From an uncultured Thermoleophilaceae bacterium (GTDB lineage Bacteria > Actinomycetota > Thermoleophilia > Solirubrobacterales > Thermoleophilaceae): 64,000 nucleotides of DNA. The stretch spans positions 25,341 through 89,340 of the forward strand of contig CAVYIA010000014.1 in assembly GCA_963768465.1 (NCBI GenBank), read 5' to 3'. A model generated the notes under the pieces. It did no database searches. It was not told the origin of the DNA and saw only the letters and a program-made list of their open reading frames with translations. The position numbers were made by a program, and so were the translations under genes. Positions 53,758 through 64,000 of the stretch are shown here, piece by piece (positions within the stretch are counted from its first letter, which is position 1; every line of letters begins with the position of its first letter).

Positions 53758-54961
53758 CTACGGGGAACGCGCTGAGGGCGCAGGTAGAGGCAGCGCGGCC
53801 AGCGCGGCCGACACGGCGATCACGACCGCCATCGGCACGGCCGTCCCGGTGCCGGCGATGCCCACGAGCGGGGCGGCGGCGGCGCCGAACACGAACTGGC
53901 AGAGCCCCAGCAGCGCCGACGCGCTGCCGGCCTTCTCCGGGTGGTCGCCCATGGCGAGGGCCGTGGCGTTCGGGAACACGAGGCCCACGCTCGAGACCAC
54001 GAGGAAGAGCCCGGTCAGCACGCCCGCGAGCCCCGCGTCCGCCAGCACGCTCACCAGCAGGACGAGCCGCCCCGAAGCACTGGACGGCAGAGCCCGGCGA
54101 CCACCAGCGCGGCCGGGCCCCCTGCGCGCGACCAGCCTGCCGCTCACGGCGCTCATGAGCATGATCCCGGCCGCGTTCGACGCGAACACGAGGCTGTAGG
54201 CCTGCGCCGAGAGCCCGTGGATGTCCTGGAGCACGAACGGGGACCCGGCGATGTAGGCGAACATCGCCGCGAAGACGAGCCCGCAGGAGAGCACGTAGCC
54301 CACGAAGCGCCGGTCGGAGAGCAGCTCGCGGAACGCGCGGCGGGTGGTGGCGAGCCCGCCGCGGTGGCGGCGCTCCGGCGGGAGCGTCTCGCGGAGCAGC
54401 AGGGCGGCGACCGCGAGCAGCACGAGCCCGAGCCCGGCGAGCACGAGGAACACCCCGCGCCAGTCGGTCACGTGGAGCAGCTGGGCGCCCACGATCGGCG
54501 CGAGGATCGGCGCGAGCCCGTTCACGAGCATGAGCACCGCGAAGAAGCGCGCCAGCGAGTCCCCGGAGTGCAGGTCGCGCGCGATCGCCCGCGCGATCAC
54601 GATGCCCACGGCCCCGGCCACGCCCTGCAGCAGCCGCGCGGCGGTCAGCGACCAGACGTCGGGAGCGGCCGCGCAGAGCAGGGAGGCGAGCGTGAAGCCG
54701 GCGAGGCCCGCCAGGAGCGGACGCCGGCGCCCGAGCGCGTCGCTCGCCGGCCCGGCCAGGAGCTGGCCCGCGGCCAGCCCGAACAGGCAGGCGGTGAGCG
54801 TGAGCTGGGTCTCCGAGGCCGACGCGCCGAGGTCTCGGCTCAGCTCGGGCAGGCCGGGGAGATAGGTGTCCATCGACACCGGCCCGAAGGCCGTGAGCGC
54901 GCCGAGGATGGCGATCACCCCGTGGCGAGCTCATCTGCCGCGCAGGCGCCTGGCTCGTCAT
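53758..54961 (-). pseudogene. MFS transporter, Bcr/CflA drug-efflux subfamily; about three breaks (one compensated pair)
   Basis: FGPVSMDTYLPGLPELSRDL..SDALGRRRPLL..12-TM pattern. The N-terminal 15 aa come from the ORF starting at 54961. Confidence 0.85.
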
Positions 54962-55140
54962 CGCCGCGCAACCCTACGCACCGCCGCCCGACCGACCGGA
55001 GGGAGAAAGCCCGTGCGCGAATCTTGGACAAGGGGATAATGCTGTCCGTTCGCGGCCCAACTAGGTTGGCTCCGCCGCAGGCAATCCGGTCGATCATGCG
55101 TGCTCGCAGGCACGCTCCCGTAGGAGGCCCACCGCAACAC

Positions 55141-57286
55141 ATGGCAACCATCCGTCAGAAGAACGTCACCGCCGCTCAGTGGAGCCCCAATGGGGCCGCA
55201 CTCGGCACCGCCGACCTCTCGCAGCCCGTCGAACAACCCGTTCGGGGCCAACGTCTTCTCGCTCTCCGTGCAGCGCCAGCGCCTGCCGCGCGATGTCTTC
55301 AAGCGCCTGCAGCGCACGCTCGACAAGGGCGAGGCCATCGACCCGTCGCTCGCCGACGCCGTGGCCGCCGCGATGAAGGACTGGGCGCTCGAGAAGGGCG
55401 CCACCCACTTCACGCACTGGTTCCAGCCGCTCACCGGCCTCACGGCCGAGAAGCACGACTCCTTCTTCAACCCGGCGGGCGAGGGCACGGCCCTGGCCGA
55501 GTTCTCGGGCAAGGAGCTGATCCAGGGCGAGCCGGACGCGTCGTCGTTCCCGACCGGCGGCGTCCGCGCCACGTTCGAGGCGCGCGGATACACCGCGTGG
55601 GATCCCACGAGCCCCGCGTTCATCCTCGAGAACCCGAACGGCGCGCTGCTCTGCATCCCGACCGCGTTCGCGTCGTGGACCGGTGAGGCGCTCGACGCCA
55701 AGATCCCGCTGCTGCGCTCGATGGACGCGCTCTCGCGCTCGGCGGTCCGCGCGCTGCGGCTGCTGGGCGACGAGCGCTCCGAGCGCGTGTTCACCACGGT
55801 CGGCCCGGAGCAGGAGTACTTCCTCATCGACGAGCAGTACTACTTCGAGCGCCCCGACCTGGTGACCACCGGGCGGACGCTCTTCGGGGCGCAGCCGCCG
55901 AAGGGCCACGAGCTGGACGACCACTACTTCGGCTCGATCCCGGAGCGGGTGCTCGCCTACATGATGGAGGTCGAGCTCGAGCTGGCGAAGCTCGGCGTGC
56001 CGGTCAAGACGCGCCACAACGAGGTGGCGCCGGGCCAGTACGAGCTCGCGCCGGTGTTCGAGAACTCGAACGTGGGCTCCGACCACCAGCAGCTGACCAT
56101 GCAGTTCATGATGAGCGTGGCCCGCAAGTACGGCCTGGTCTGCCTGCTGCACGAGAAGCCGTTCGCCGGCGTGAACGGCTCGGGCAAGCACAACAACTGG
56201 TCGATGGGCACGGACTCCGGCGCGAACCTGCTGGAGCCCGGCGACAGCCCCGCGGAGAACATCAGCTTCCTGTTCTTCTGCGCGGCGGTCATCCAGGCCG
56301 TGAACAAGCACCAGGGCCTGCTGCGGGCGTCCGTGGCCGCGATCGGCCAGGACCACCGCCTGGGCGCGAACGAGGCGCCGCCGGCGATCATCTCGATCTT
56401 CCTGGGCGCCGAGCTCGACAAGGCGTTCGAGGCGATCGCGTCCGGGGAGGGCGACCCGCACACGCCCGGGTCGTTCCTCGGGCTCGGCACGCCGGTCCTG
56501 CCGCCGCTGCCGCTCCACGGCGGCGACCGCAACCGGACCTCGCCGTTCGCGTTCACCGGCAACAAGTTCGAGTTCCGCGCGCTCGGGTCGAGCATGTCGC
56601 TCGCGTTCCCGAACACGGTGCTGAACACGATCGTGGCCGAGGCGATCGACGAGCTCGGCGGACGCCCTCGAGGGCGCGAGCGGCGCGGACATCGCCGAGA
56701 AGGTCACCGCGGTGGTCGAAGGACGCCTACACCGGCAACAAGCAGGTCTGCTTCGGCGGCGACAACTACTCGGACGAGTGGCACGCCGAGGCCGAGCAGC
56801 GCGGGCTCAAGAACCTGCGCACCACGCCCGACGCGCTCCCCGAGGTGCTCGCGGACGCCACGGTCGCCGCGTTCGGGAAGTACGACGTGCTCTCCGAGCG
56901 CGAGCTCGAGTCGCGCTACGAGGTCTGGGTCGAGCAGTACGTGATCCGGGCGAACATCGAGGCGGAGACCACCGCGGCGATCGCGCGGACGCTGCTGCTG
57001 CCCGCGGTGCTGCGCCACCTGGCGCTGATCGACGCGGCCGAGGTGCCCGGGCTGGCCGACGAGGTGCGCCCGCTGGCCGAGGAGTTCGTCGAGGCGATCC
57101 GCGGAGCTCGAGGCCGCGAACGGCTATCCGGACGGCGTGGAGGGGCTCGAGCTCGCGGTCTACGCCCGCGACAGCCAGCTGGCCGCCATGGCGAAGGTCC
57201 GCGAGGTGGCGGACCGGCTCGAGAAGCTCGTGGCCGACGACCTCTGGCCGCTGCCGAAGTACAGCGAGATCCTGTTCGTGCGCTAG
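55141..57286 (+). pseudogene. glnN: type III glutamine synthetase; four +1 breaks (~55220, ~56658, ~56720, ~57105)
   Basis: [82 protein letters not shown]. Confidence 0.9.
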
Positions 57287-57434
57287 GCGCCGCGCGCCTG
57301 GTTATCGGCCTATTCACACGCGCCGGGCGCGGGGCTGGCTTGATGGCCTCCCCGTGCCCGGCGTTCTGGTCAACGCGCTGTCACTGCGGTGCGTCGTGGC
57401 GTTCCGGGCGCGGCGGCTGGGCGCCGATTCCCGG

Positions 57435-57975
57435 TCAGTGGTGACGGCCGAGCTCCAGCTGGGCCCGGATCTCACCACCCGGGCGGTCCGTCGTGTGCAC
57501 GTTCACGTAGGTGGCTCCGGCCTTGATCGCGTCCACGAGCTCGCCGAACTCACCCGCGGCGATGCCCTGATCCGCCGCTCCCGGGCCGACGTCCTCGGGC
57601 CCGAGCGTGCCGGTCACGGTGCCGCCGCCCGGCGGGCAGGCGGGCGGGTCGCTGCCGGCCGGGGCGTTGCCGAGGTTCGTGCACAGGAACGCGACGATCG
57701 CCCCGTTGTTGGTGGCGTTCTCGAAGTGGATGTGCGACTGGGTCGCCGCCGACTCGAGATGCCCGTACGTGAGCCGGTAGCGGATCTGGTCGCCTGAGCG
57801 GCTGACGAAGGCGCGGAACTCGCCCGTGCCCGGCGTCGAGAGCGCCGGGACCTCCTGCATAGCCGGTGAGCTTCTCCCTGACGTTGTCGCCGCTCGTGGC
57901 CACGGCCACGGCTCCGACCGTCAGGGCGCCCACCACCGCGGCTCCGACCGCCAGCTTGACGCGAGTGATCCTCAC
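57435..57975 (-). pseudogene. secreted CHRD domain protein; one break (~57855)
   Basis: SD ggaggag before GTG 57975. Signal/TM VKLAVGAAVVGALTVGAVAVA. CHRD signatures SHIHFEN..NGAIVAFL and YVNVHTTDRPGGEIRAQL. Confidence 0.75.
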
Positions 57976-58034
57976 TGCTCCTCCCCTCGGACGTGGTGGG
58001 AGGGGATACGCGCGAGCCGGCGGACGGGTTCGAG

Positions 58035-58958
58035 TTAGGGCACGTAACTGCGCGCAGGCCTGGGGCGGGGGAGAGGCACTCGCCACGCCCGACCACGTCG
58101 AGCTGACCAGGTGGTCGGCGCCGGCCCAGACGGCGAAGCAGAGTCCGCCGAGCGTGCCGGTGACCGTCAGCAGCAGGCCGGCCGCGGCGGCGGCCGCCAC
58201 TCCGTCGCTCCCGAGGATCAGCACCGCCGCGGCCGCGCCGACGGTCGGCCCGACGGGCAGCTGGCCGAGCGTGACCAGCGCGATCAGCACCGCCGTGGCG
58301 TCGAAGAGCGACGCATCCACGCCCACGCCGCGCAGCAGCAGCCAGTTCCTGAGGATCTGGGCGAACACGGCGACGAGGACGAACGCGACCACGCGCCTGC
58401 CGCCGCGCGAGGTTGTGCAGCACGGCCAGGCCGCGCCAGAGCTCGAGGCCCTTCTGCAGGGCCAGGCGGCGCAGCGCCACGCTCAGCGCGCCGACCACCA
58501 GGAAGCCCACGAGGGGCGCCCACCAGGGCAGCCCCAGCGGCCCGACGAGGGTGAAGGAGGCCAGCGCCGCCAGCATTCCCTCCACGGCGAGGATCGGGAA
58601 CTCTGCCGCGATCAGCGTCGGGACCTTGGGGCAATCGCCCGGGTGACGCCCGTCGAAGGGCGCCGATTCGCGCAGCCACGCCCAGGTGGCCGTTGACGAC
58701 GCTTCCGAGCACCTGCATGCTGGAGGCGCGGTAGAGGACACGGCGCTCGAGCGTCCCGCCGGCCGCCTCGATCGTCACGTGCCAGGCCTCGCTCCGTGCC
58801 AGCAGCGCGGCGATCTGCAGCAGGATGGTCGCGGCGATCACCCACGCGGTGGCGCTCGAGAGCGCCGTCTCGAACTCGCCCCGCCGGCCCGAGAGCAGCC
58901 AGACGAGCGCGCCGGCGCTCGCGATCGAGCCGGCGACGGTCAGCAGCGTCCTTCTGCG
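58035..58958 (-). pseudogene. UPF0104 / lysylphosphatidylglycerol-synthase-TM-region (flippase-like) membrane protein; about three breaks; both ends uncertain
   Basis: Polytopic. ..LLQIAALLARSEAWHVTIEAAG..RASSMQVLGSVVNGHLG..LLRGVGVDASLFDATAVLIAL. Confidence 0.6.
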
Positions 58959-58963
58959 CAGGA

Positions 58964-59170
58964 TTAGCGCTCGTTCCCGCGGCGCTTGGCGACGCCCGCG
59001 CGCTTCATGGCCTCGCGGCCCTTCTCGTAGGTCTCACGGGCGGCCTTGCCGGCCTTGCGGGTCTCGGCATTGCGGGCGGCCACGCTCTCGCGCGCTTCCT
59101 TCCACGCCGAGTCGCCGCGCGTCGACGTGCTCCAACCGGACGAGTCGTCTTGCTTGGGCATGCGCACCAT
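58964..59170 (-). CDS. small basic hypothetical protein (~65-68 aa)
   Basis: M(VRM)PKQDDSSGWSTSTRGDSAWKEARESVAARNAETRKAGKAARETYEKGREAMKRAGVAKRRGNER. aagagga SD-like sequence upstream. The upstream part of the 137-aa ORF was rejected. Confidence 0.45.
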   Translation of the reverse strand: MVRMPKQDDSSGWSTSTRGDSAWKEARESVAARNAETRKAGKAARETYEKGREAMKRAGVAKRRGNER

Positions 59171-59410
59171 CCTCTTGGCCCCCAGGGGTGGTCTTGCCAC
59201 CGGGGGGCGCAGGGAGCGCGACACCCGACTGTGGAACTGCAAGATCAACTGTAGCCGCACTCGTCCGCCCGCACGACTGCTAGCGTCATTCGCAGCGGGT
59301 GTCCGTACGAACCCGCGAGGTTCTATCTCTCGTGCGCTCCGGCGATCCGGGTTTGTCGAATCTCCCGAATCGTTCAAGGCGGCCGCCGGCCGCCGGCAAG
59401 GAGTTCAAGA

Positions 59411-60622
59411 ATGTCTCATCAAGCCTTCACCGGCCTGGGCGCTTCGCGCGTCGTGGCCGAAGCTCTGAGCGAGCGCGGCATCGAAACGCCGTTCCCCGTT
59501 CAGAAGCTCGTCATCCCCGATGTCCTGCACGGGCGCGACGTGCTCGTCAAGTCCCCGACCGGCTCCGGGAAGACCCTGGCCTTCGCCGTGCCCATCGTGG
59601 AGCGCATCGAGGCCACGGACCCGCGCCCGAGCGCCCTGGTGCTCGCCCCGACGCGCGAGCTGGCGAGCCAGATCGTCGAGGAGATGCGGCCGCTCGCGCA
59701 TGCCCGGGCGCTCTCGGTGGCCGCCGTCTACGGCGGAGCCGGAATCGACCGCCAGAGCAAGCTCGCCCGCCGCGCACACGTGCTGGTGGCCACCCCCGGC
59801 CGCCTCGAGGACCTGATCGAGCGCGGCGCGTTCTCGCTCGACCAGATCAAGATCCTGGTGCTGGACGAGGCCGACCGGATGCTCGACATGGGCTTCAGGC
59901 CCGCCGTCGACCGGATCGTGAGGCAGATGCCGCGCGATCGTCAGACCCTCTTCTTCTCGGCCACCCTCGACGGGATCGTCGGGAAGCTGGCCCGCTCGTA
60001 CACGCGCGATGCGCGCAGCCACGAGCATGCCGCGCCGCGTGAGCGCCGCGGGGACGTGCGCCACCGCTTCGTGTCCGTCACGCAGGCGGGGAAGATCGAC
60101 GTGCTCGTGCGCGAGCTGAGCGACCGCGAGCGCGGGCTCACGCTCGTGTTCGTGCGCACCAAGCGCGGAGCCGACAGGCTCGTCAAGCGGCTCAGCGCCC
60201 ACGACATCCCGGCCGTCGCGATGCACGGCAACAAGTCACAGTCGCAGCGCGAGAAGGCGCTCATGAGCTTCGAGGCCGGCCGCGTGGACACGCTCGTGGC
60301 CACCGACGTCGCGGCTCGCGGGCTCGACATCGACGACATCACCCACGTGATCAACTTCGACGCGCCGGAGGACCGTGACGGTTACGTCCACCGGATCGGC
60401 CGCACCGGCCGCGCCGGACGCACCGGCACCGGCATCACGTTCTTCGCGGCCGACCAGGCCGAGGACGTGCGCCAGATCGCACGGGGCTCTCGCTCGACGG
60501 CGAGTTCGAGTCGCCGGGCGGCCATGGCCAGGGCCGCGGCGCCCGACCGGCGGCCGCCTAACCCGCAGTCCCGGTCTCGCTCTCGCTCCCGGCGTCGCCG
60601 TGGGCGTCGCGCGCCCGCCTGA
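59411..60622 (+). CDS. DEAD-box ATP-dependent RNA helicase
   Basis: SD aaggag. PFPVQ (Q motif), SPTGSGKT, PTRELA, DEADRM, SAT, HRIGRTGRAG. RS/R-rich tail as sequenced. An alternative frame from ~60485 would stop at 60559-60561. Confidence 0.85.
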   Translation: MSHQAFTGLGASRVVAEALSERGIETPFPVQKLVIPDVLHGRDVLVKSPTGSGKTLAFAVPIVERIEATDPRPSALVLAPTRELASQIVEEMRPLAHARALSVAAVYGGAGIDRQSKLARRAHVLVATPGRLEDLIERGAFSLDQIKILVLDEADRMLDMGFRPAVDRIVRQMPRDRQTLFFSATLDGIVGKLARSYTRDARSHEHAAPRERRGDVRHRFVSVTQAGKIDVLVRELSDRERGLTLVFVRTKRGADRLVKRLSAHDIPAVAMHGNKSQSQREKALMSFEAGRVDTLVATDVAARGLDIDDITHVINFDAPEDRDGYVHRIGRTGRAGRTGTGITFFAADQAEDVRQIARGSRSTASSSRRAAMARAAAPDRRPPNPQSRSRSRSRRRRGRRAPA

Positions 60623-61060
60623 GCCGGGCCTCGGCGCCGTCGGCGGCGCGCTCGAGCTCCCTGAGCTTCGCCTCGCTGACGGCGCGCCCCCCGTACATGC
60701 TTCGCCCGGTAGAGCTCGACGCCGCTCGCGGTGGTAGCGCGCCTCCTGCGCGAGCGCCTCCAGCTCGTTCACCGCATCGCGGCTCCGTCCCTTGCGCTCG
60801 TATGCGCGCAGCGCGTCCACCACCTGCGCGTCGGCGCCGCCCTGCCGCGCGTAGCCGAGCTTCTCGAGCACGGCGGGGCGCGCCTGGTGGGCCAGCTCGT
60901 ACTCCTCGATCGCGAGCAGCTCCTCCGGCGAGAGCTGGTGGAGCTGCGCGATCAGCTTTCGCTCGCTGATGGAGTCGTAGCGGTCGATGGCCAGCCCCGC
61001 TCCGGGCGGCCGCTGACGGTCTCCGCGCGGCGTGCCGCGGAGGCGGGCCAGCGCCCTGCG
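60558..61060 (-). pseudogene. hypothetical helical protein; at least one break (~60700); no canonical start, possibly continuous with the 64-aa ORF upstream
   Basis: ..GLAIDRYDSISERKLIAQLHQLSPEELLAIEEYELAHQARPAVLEKL..ELEALAQEARYHRE / LYRAKH..VSEAKLRELERAADGAEARLRRARDAHG. Confidence 0.4.
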
Positions 61061-61073
61061 CAGGGGCCCCGCG

Positions 61074-61268
61074 CTAATCGCCCGGCCTGACGGTCACGAC
61101 GTGGAGCGGGTTCACCGCAAGCGCCTCGGACCCCCCTGCCTCCTCGAGGCGCGCGAGTGTCCCGGCGCTGCTGCGAGCCGCGTTCTCGAGCGTCTTCATG
61201 ACCTCGTCCGTGGATCCCTCGACCTCGAGCAGGTCGCCTGTTGTCAGCAGAAGCTTGGAAGTGGTCAT
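61074..61268 (-). CDS. 64-aa hypothetical protein
   Basis: Intact ORF MTTSKLLLTTGDLLEVEGSTDEVMKTLENAARSSAGTLARLEEAGGSEALAVNPLHVVTVRPGD. No family assigned. Confidence 0.45.
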   Translation of the reverse strand: MTTSKLLLTTGDLLEVEGSTDEVMKTLENAARSSAGTLARLEEAGGSEALAVNPLHVVTVRPGD

Positions 61269-61390
61269 GCGCTGCCTGGAACCGTACTCGTGAAAGGCCG
61301 CGCCGCTCGCGGACGGTCATGGCCGTCCGAGCGGCCCGGCAACGCGTCCGCATGGCGAGCGCGCCGACCTCGGGCAGCAGCGCCCGGCCG

Positions 61391-62544
<1,154 letters not shown>

Positions 62545-62548
<4 letters not shown>

Positions 62549-62904
62549 CACTCCACGATCGGGCGCACCTCCACCGCACCGCCCATGCGGGCTGCCGGGA
62601 TGCGCCCGGCGAGCTCGATCGCGGCGTCGAGGTCGTCCGCCTCGAAGATGAGGTAGCCGTTGAGCGCCTCCTTGACCGCCACGAACGGGCCGTCGGTGAC
62701 GAGCGTCCTGCCGTCCTCCACGCGCACGGTGGTGGCGGCGTCGGCGGGCTGCAGCTGGAGCCCGGGCGATACGCCCGGCGTCTGGCTGACCGCCATGTAG
62801 CCGTCCGCCACCTCCTTCTGCTCCGCCTCGGAGAGGCTCGCCCACTTCTCGGGGGCGTACGGGTTGGGCGCGTCCCCCTGGTGGATCAGCAGCATGTACT
62901 TCAT
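62545..62904 (-). CDS. YciI family (DGPF domain) protein
   Basis: SD aggaggaag. MKYMLLIHQGD..VTDGPFVAVKEALNGYLIFEADDLDAAIELA. Intact. Confidence 0.8.
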
Positions 62905-62979
62905 CGCTTCCTCCTGTTTCGGGATGGTCGCGTAGGAGACGAACGGCGATCGCGTGGATGGACACCTAGAGTCGGGCGC

Positions 62980-63644
62980 GTGCAAGAGGAGCTTGTCAGC
63001 CGCTCGATCGAGCTGCCCCGCGGAGCGCTGCGGCTGCTGCAGCCGGAGGAGTCCGCCCAGCTGCCCGATGACGGGCCGGTCGAGTGGGCGCCGCTCACGC
63101 CGTACTGGTCGGTCGTGTGGCGGAGCGGCGTGGCCCTCGCGATCGCGGCCGACACCCCCTCGATGGAGGGCCTGCGAGTGGTCGAGCTGGGCTGCGGAAT
63201 GGGGCTGCCGAGCATCGCGGCCGCGCGTGCGGGGGCCAGCGTGCTGGCCACCGACGGCTGTGTCGAGGCTCTCGACCTGGTCACGCGCAACGCCGCGCTG
63301 AACGACGTGAGCGTCGAGACGGCGGTGGTGGACTGGGCGGAGCCGGAGGAGCTCGTGGACCGGGCGCCGTTCGACATCGTGCTGGCGTCCGACGTGCTCT
63401 ACGAGCGCCAGTCCGTCGGCCGGCTGCTCTCGCTCCTGCCGCGCCTCGCCCCCGAGGCCTGGATCACGGACCCGGGGCGCCCCGCGAGCGCCGTCTTCTT
63501 CGACCACGCGTGGGAGCGCTGGGACGTGGAGGCGCTGCGTGACGGGGTGATCACCCTCCACCGGGTGCGCTTCGCGCGCAGACTCCGGCCGGGGTGCGAG
63601 ACTCGGAGGCTCTGGACAAGGTCACGACAGCTGACGGACGGGTC
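62980..63644 (+). pseudogene. class I SAM-dependent methyltransferase (Methyltransf_16/Nnt1-like); 3' end uncertain
   Basis: GTG 62980. WRSGVALA..LRVVELGCGMGLPSIAAARAGASVLATD..FDIVLASDVLYE. The family-like sequence stops near 63575 but the frame stays open, so a hidden break is assumed. Confidence 0.65.
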
Positions 63645-64000
63645 TTCCACGTCGAGGAGGTCGACAGGACCGCCGGCGTCACGATGCCGGACGAGTTCGA
63701 CCCGCGGAAGCTCGCGAAGCGGACGCTCCAGATCATCGCCGCGCTCGCCGTGGTCGGCCTCGTGCTCCTGCTCGCACCCGGGCTCGGGGAGGTCCGCGAC
63801 CTCCTCTCCGGCGCACGCCCGGAGTGGATCGCGCTCGCAGTGGCGCTGGAGGCCCTGTCCTGCGTCTCCTACGTGATGATGTTCCGGCCGATCTTCTGCC
63901 GCAACATGCCCTGGCGCACGAGCTGGGAGATCGGCCTGGCGGAGCTCGCGGCGGGGTCGATCGTCCCGGCGAGCGGAGCCGGCGGCCTCGCCCTCGGCGC
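63594..64000 (+). CDS. second UPF0104 / flippase-like membrane protein, 5' part (continues beyond the window)
   Basis: Frame 0 is open to the window end. GTG 63594 or ATG 63684. KRTLQIIAALAVVGLVLLLAPGLGEVRDLLSGARPEWIALAVALEALSCVSYVMMFR. Confidence 0.55.
   Translation, partial: MRDSEALDKVTTADGRVFHVEEVDRTAGVTMPDEFDPRKLAKRTLQIIAALAVVGLVLLLAPGLGEVRDLLSGARPEWIALAVALEALSCVSYVMMFRPIFCRNMPWRTSWEIGLAELAAGSIVPASGAGGLALG

Noticed and set aside
55021-55050. TTGGAC / GATAAT as the promoter for glnN
   Set aside because: The two hexamers are only 5 nt apart. No acceptable -35 element lies 17 nt upstream of GATAAT, so no promoter call was made.
58020-58040. tRNA-like T-arm string gggttcgag
   Set aside because: No complementary arm, acceptor stem or anticodon structure surrounds it. 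It lies within or at the end of the UPF0104 coding region.
58964-59377. The full 137-aa minus-strand ORF
   Set aside because: The N-terminal 70 residues cover the lower-GC intergenic leader and look non-protein-like. Only the part from the internal Met (59170 or 59161) is retained.

Overview
This is a very GC-rich bacterial chromosome segment with actinobacterial-type housekeeping synteny. The lineage guess (Thermoleophilia/Rubrobacteria-like, e.g. Conexibacter or Solirubrobacter relatives) is inference only.

Gene content:
- Riboflavin operon ribD-ribE-ribBA-ribH, then ltaE.
- rpmB, yloV-recG-rsmD-coaD.
- yceD-rpmF-plsX-acpP-rnc-smc-ftsY.
- An NfeD/SPFH pair.
- ffh-rpsP-KH-rimM-trmD-rplS-lepB-rnhB, an inverted yraN, comM-dprA-thiD, ilvD.
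- An envelope/lipid block: acyltransferase, NAD-epimerase, L,D-transpeptidase.
- xerC, a FliA/WhiG-type sigma factor, an EF-G paralogue, RNase H, type III glutamine synthetase, a DEAD-box helicase, and a YciI/ECF-sigma pair.

I saw no rRNA, tRNA, CRISPR array, transposase or phage gene.

The dominant anomaly is technical-looking. By tracing conserved peptides across the six-frame track I count on the order of a hundred single-base frame breaks inside otherwise perfectly conserved, often essential genes. Most are +1, and they cluster in blocks. I read these as consensus or assembly indels rather than real pseudogenes. Features typed as pseudogene here mean frame-disrupted as sequenced.

I did not find a convincing novel multi-gene system. 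The best second-look items are:
- an LPXTG surface protein with His/Gly-rich and PPGGET-repeat regions;
- a 77-aa ORF next to thiD with a MoaD/ThiS-like diglycine tail, plus an unknown membrane-anchored neighbour;
- a Zn-ribbon protein / small protein / RNase H trio;
- a CHRD / UPF0104 / small-basic-protein operon;
- a sulfatase-family enzyme with Thr at the formylglycine position;
- several strong RNA hairpins.
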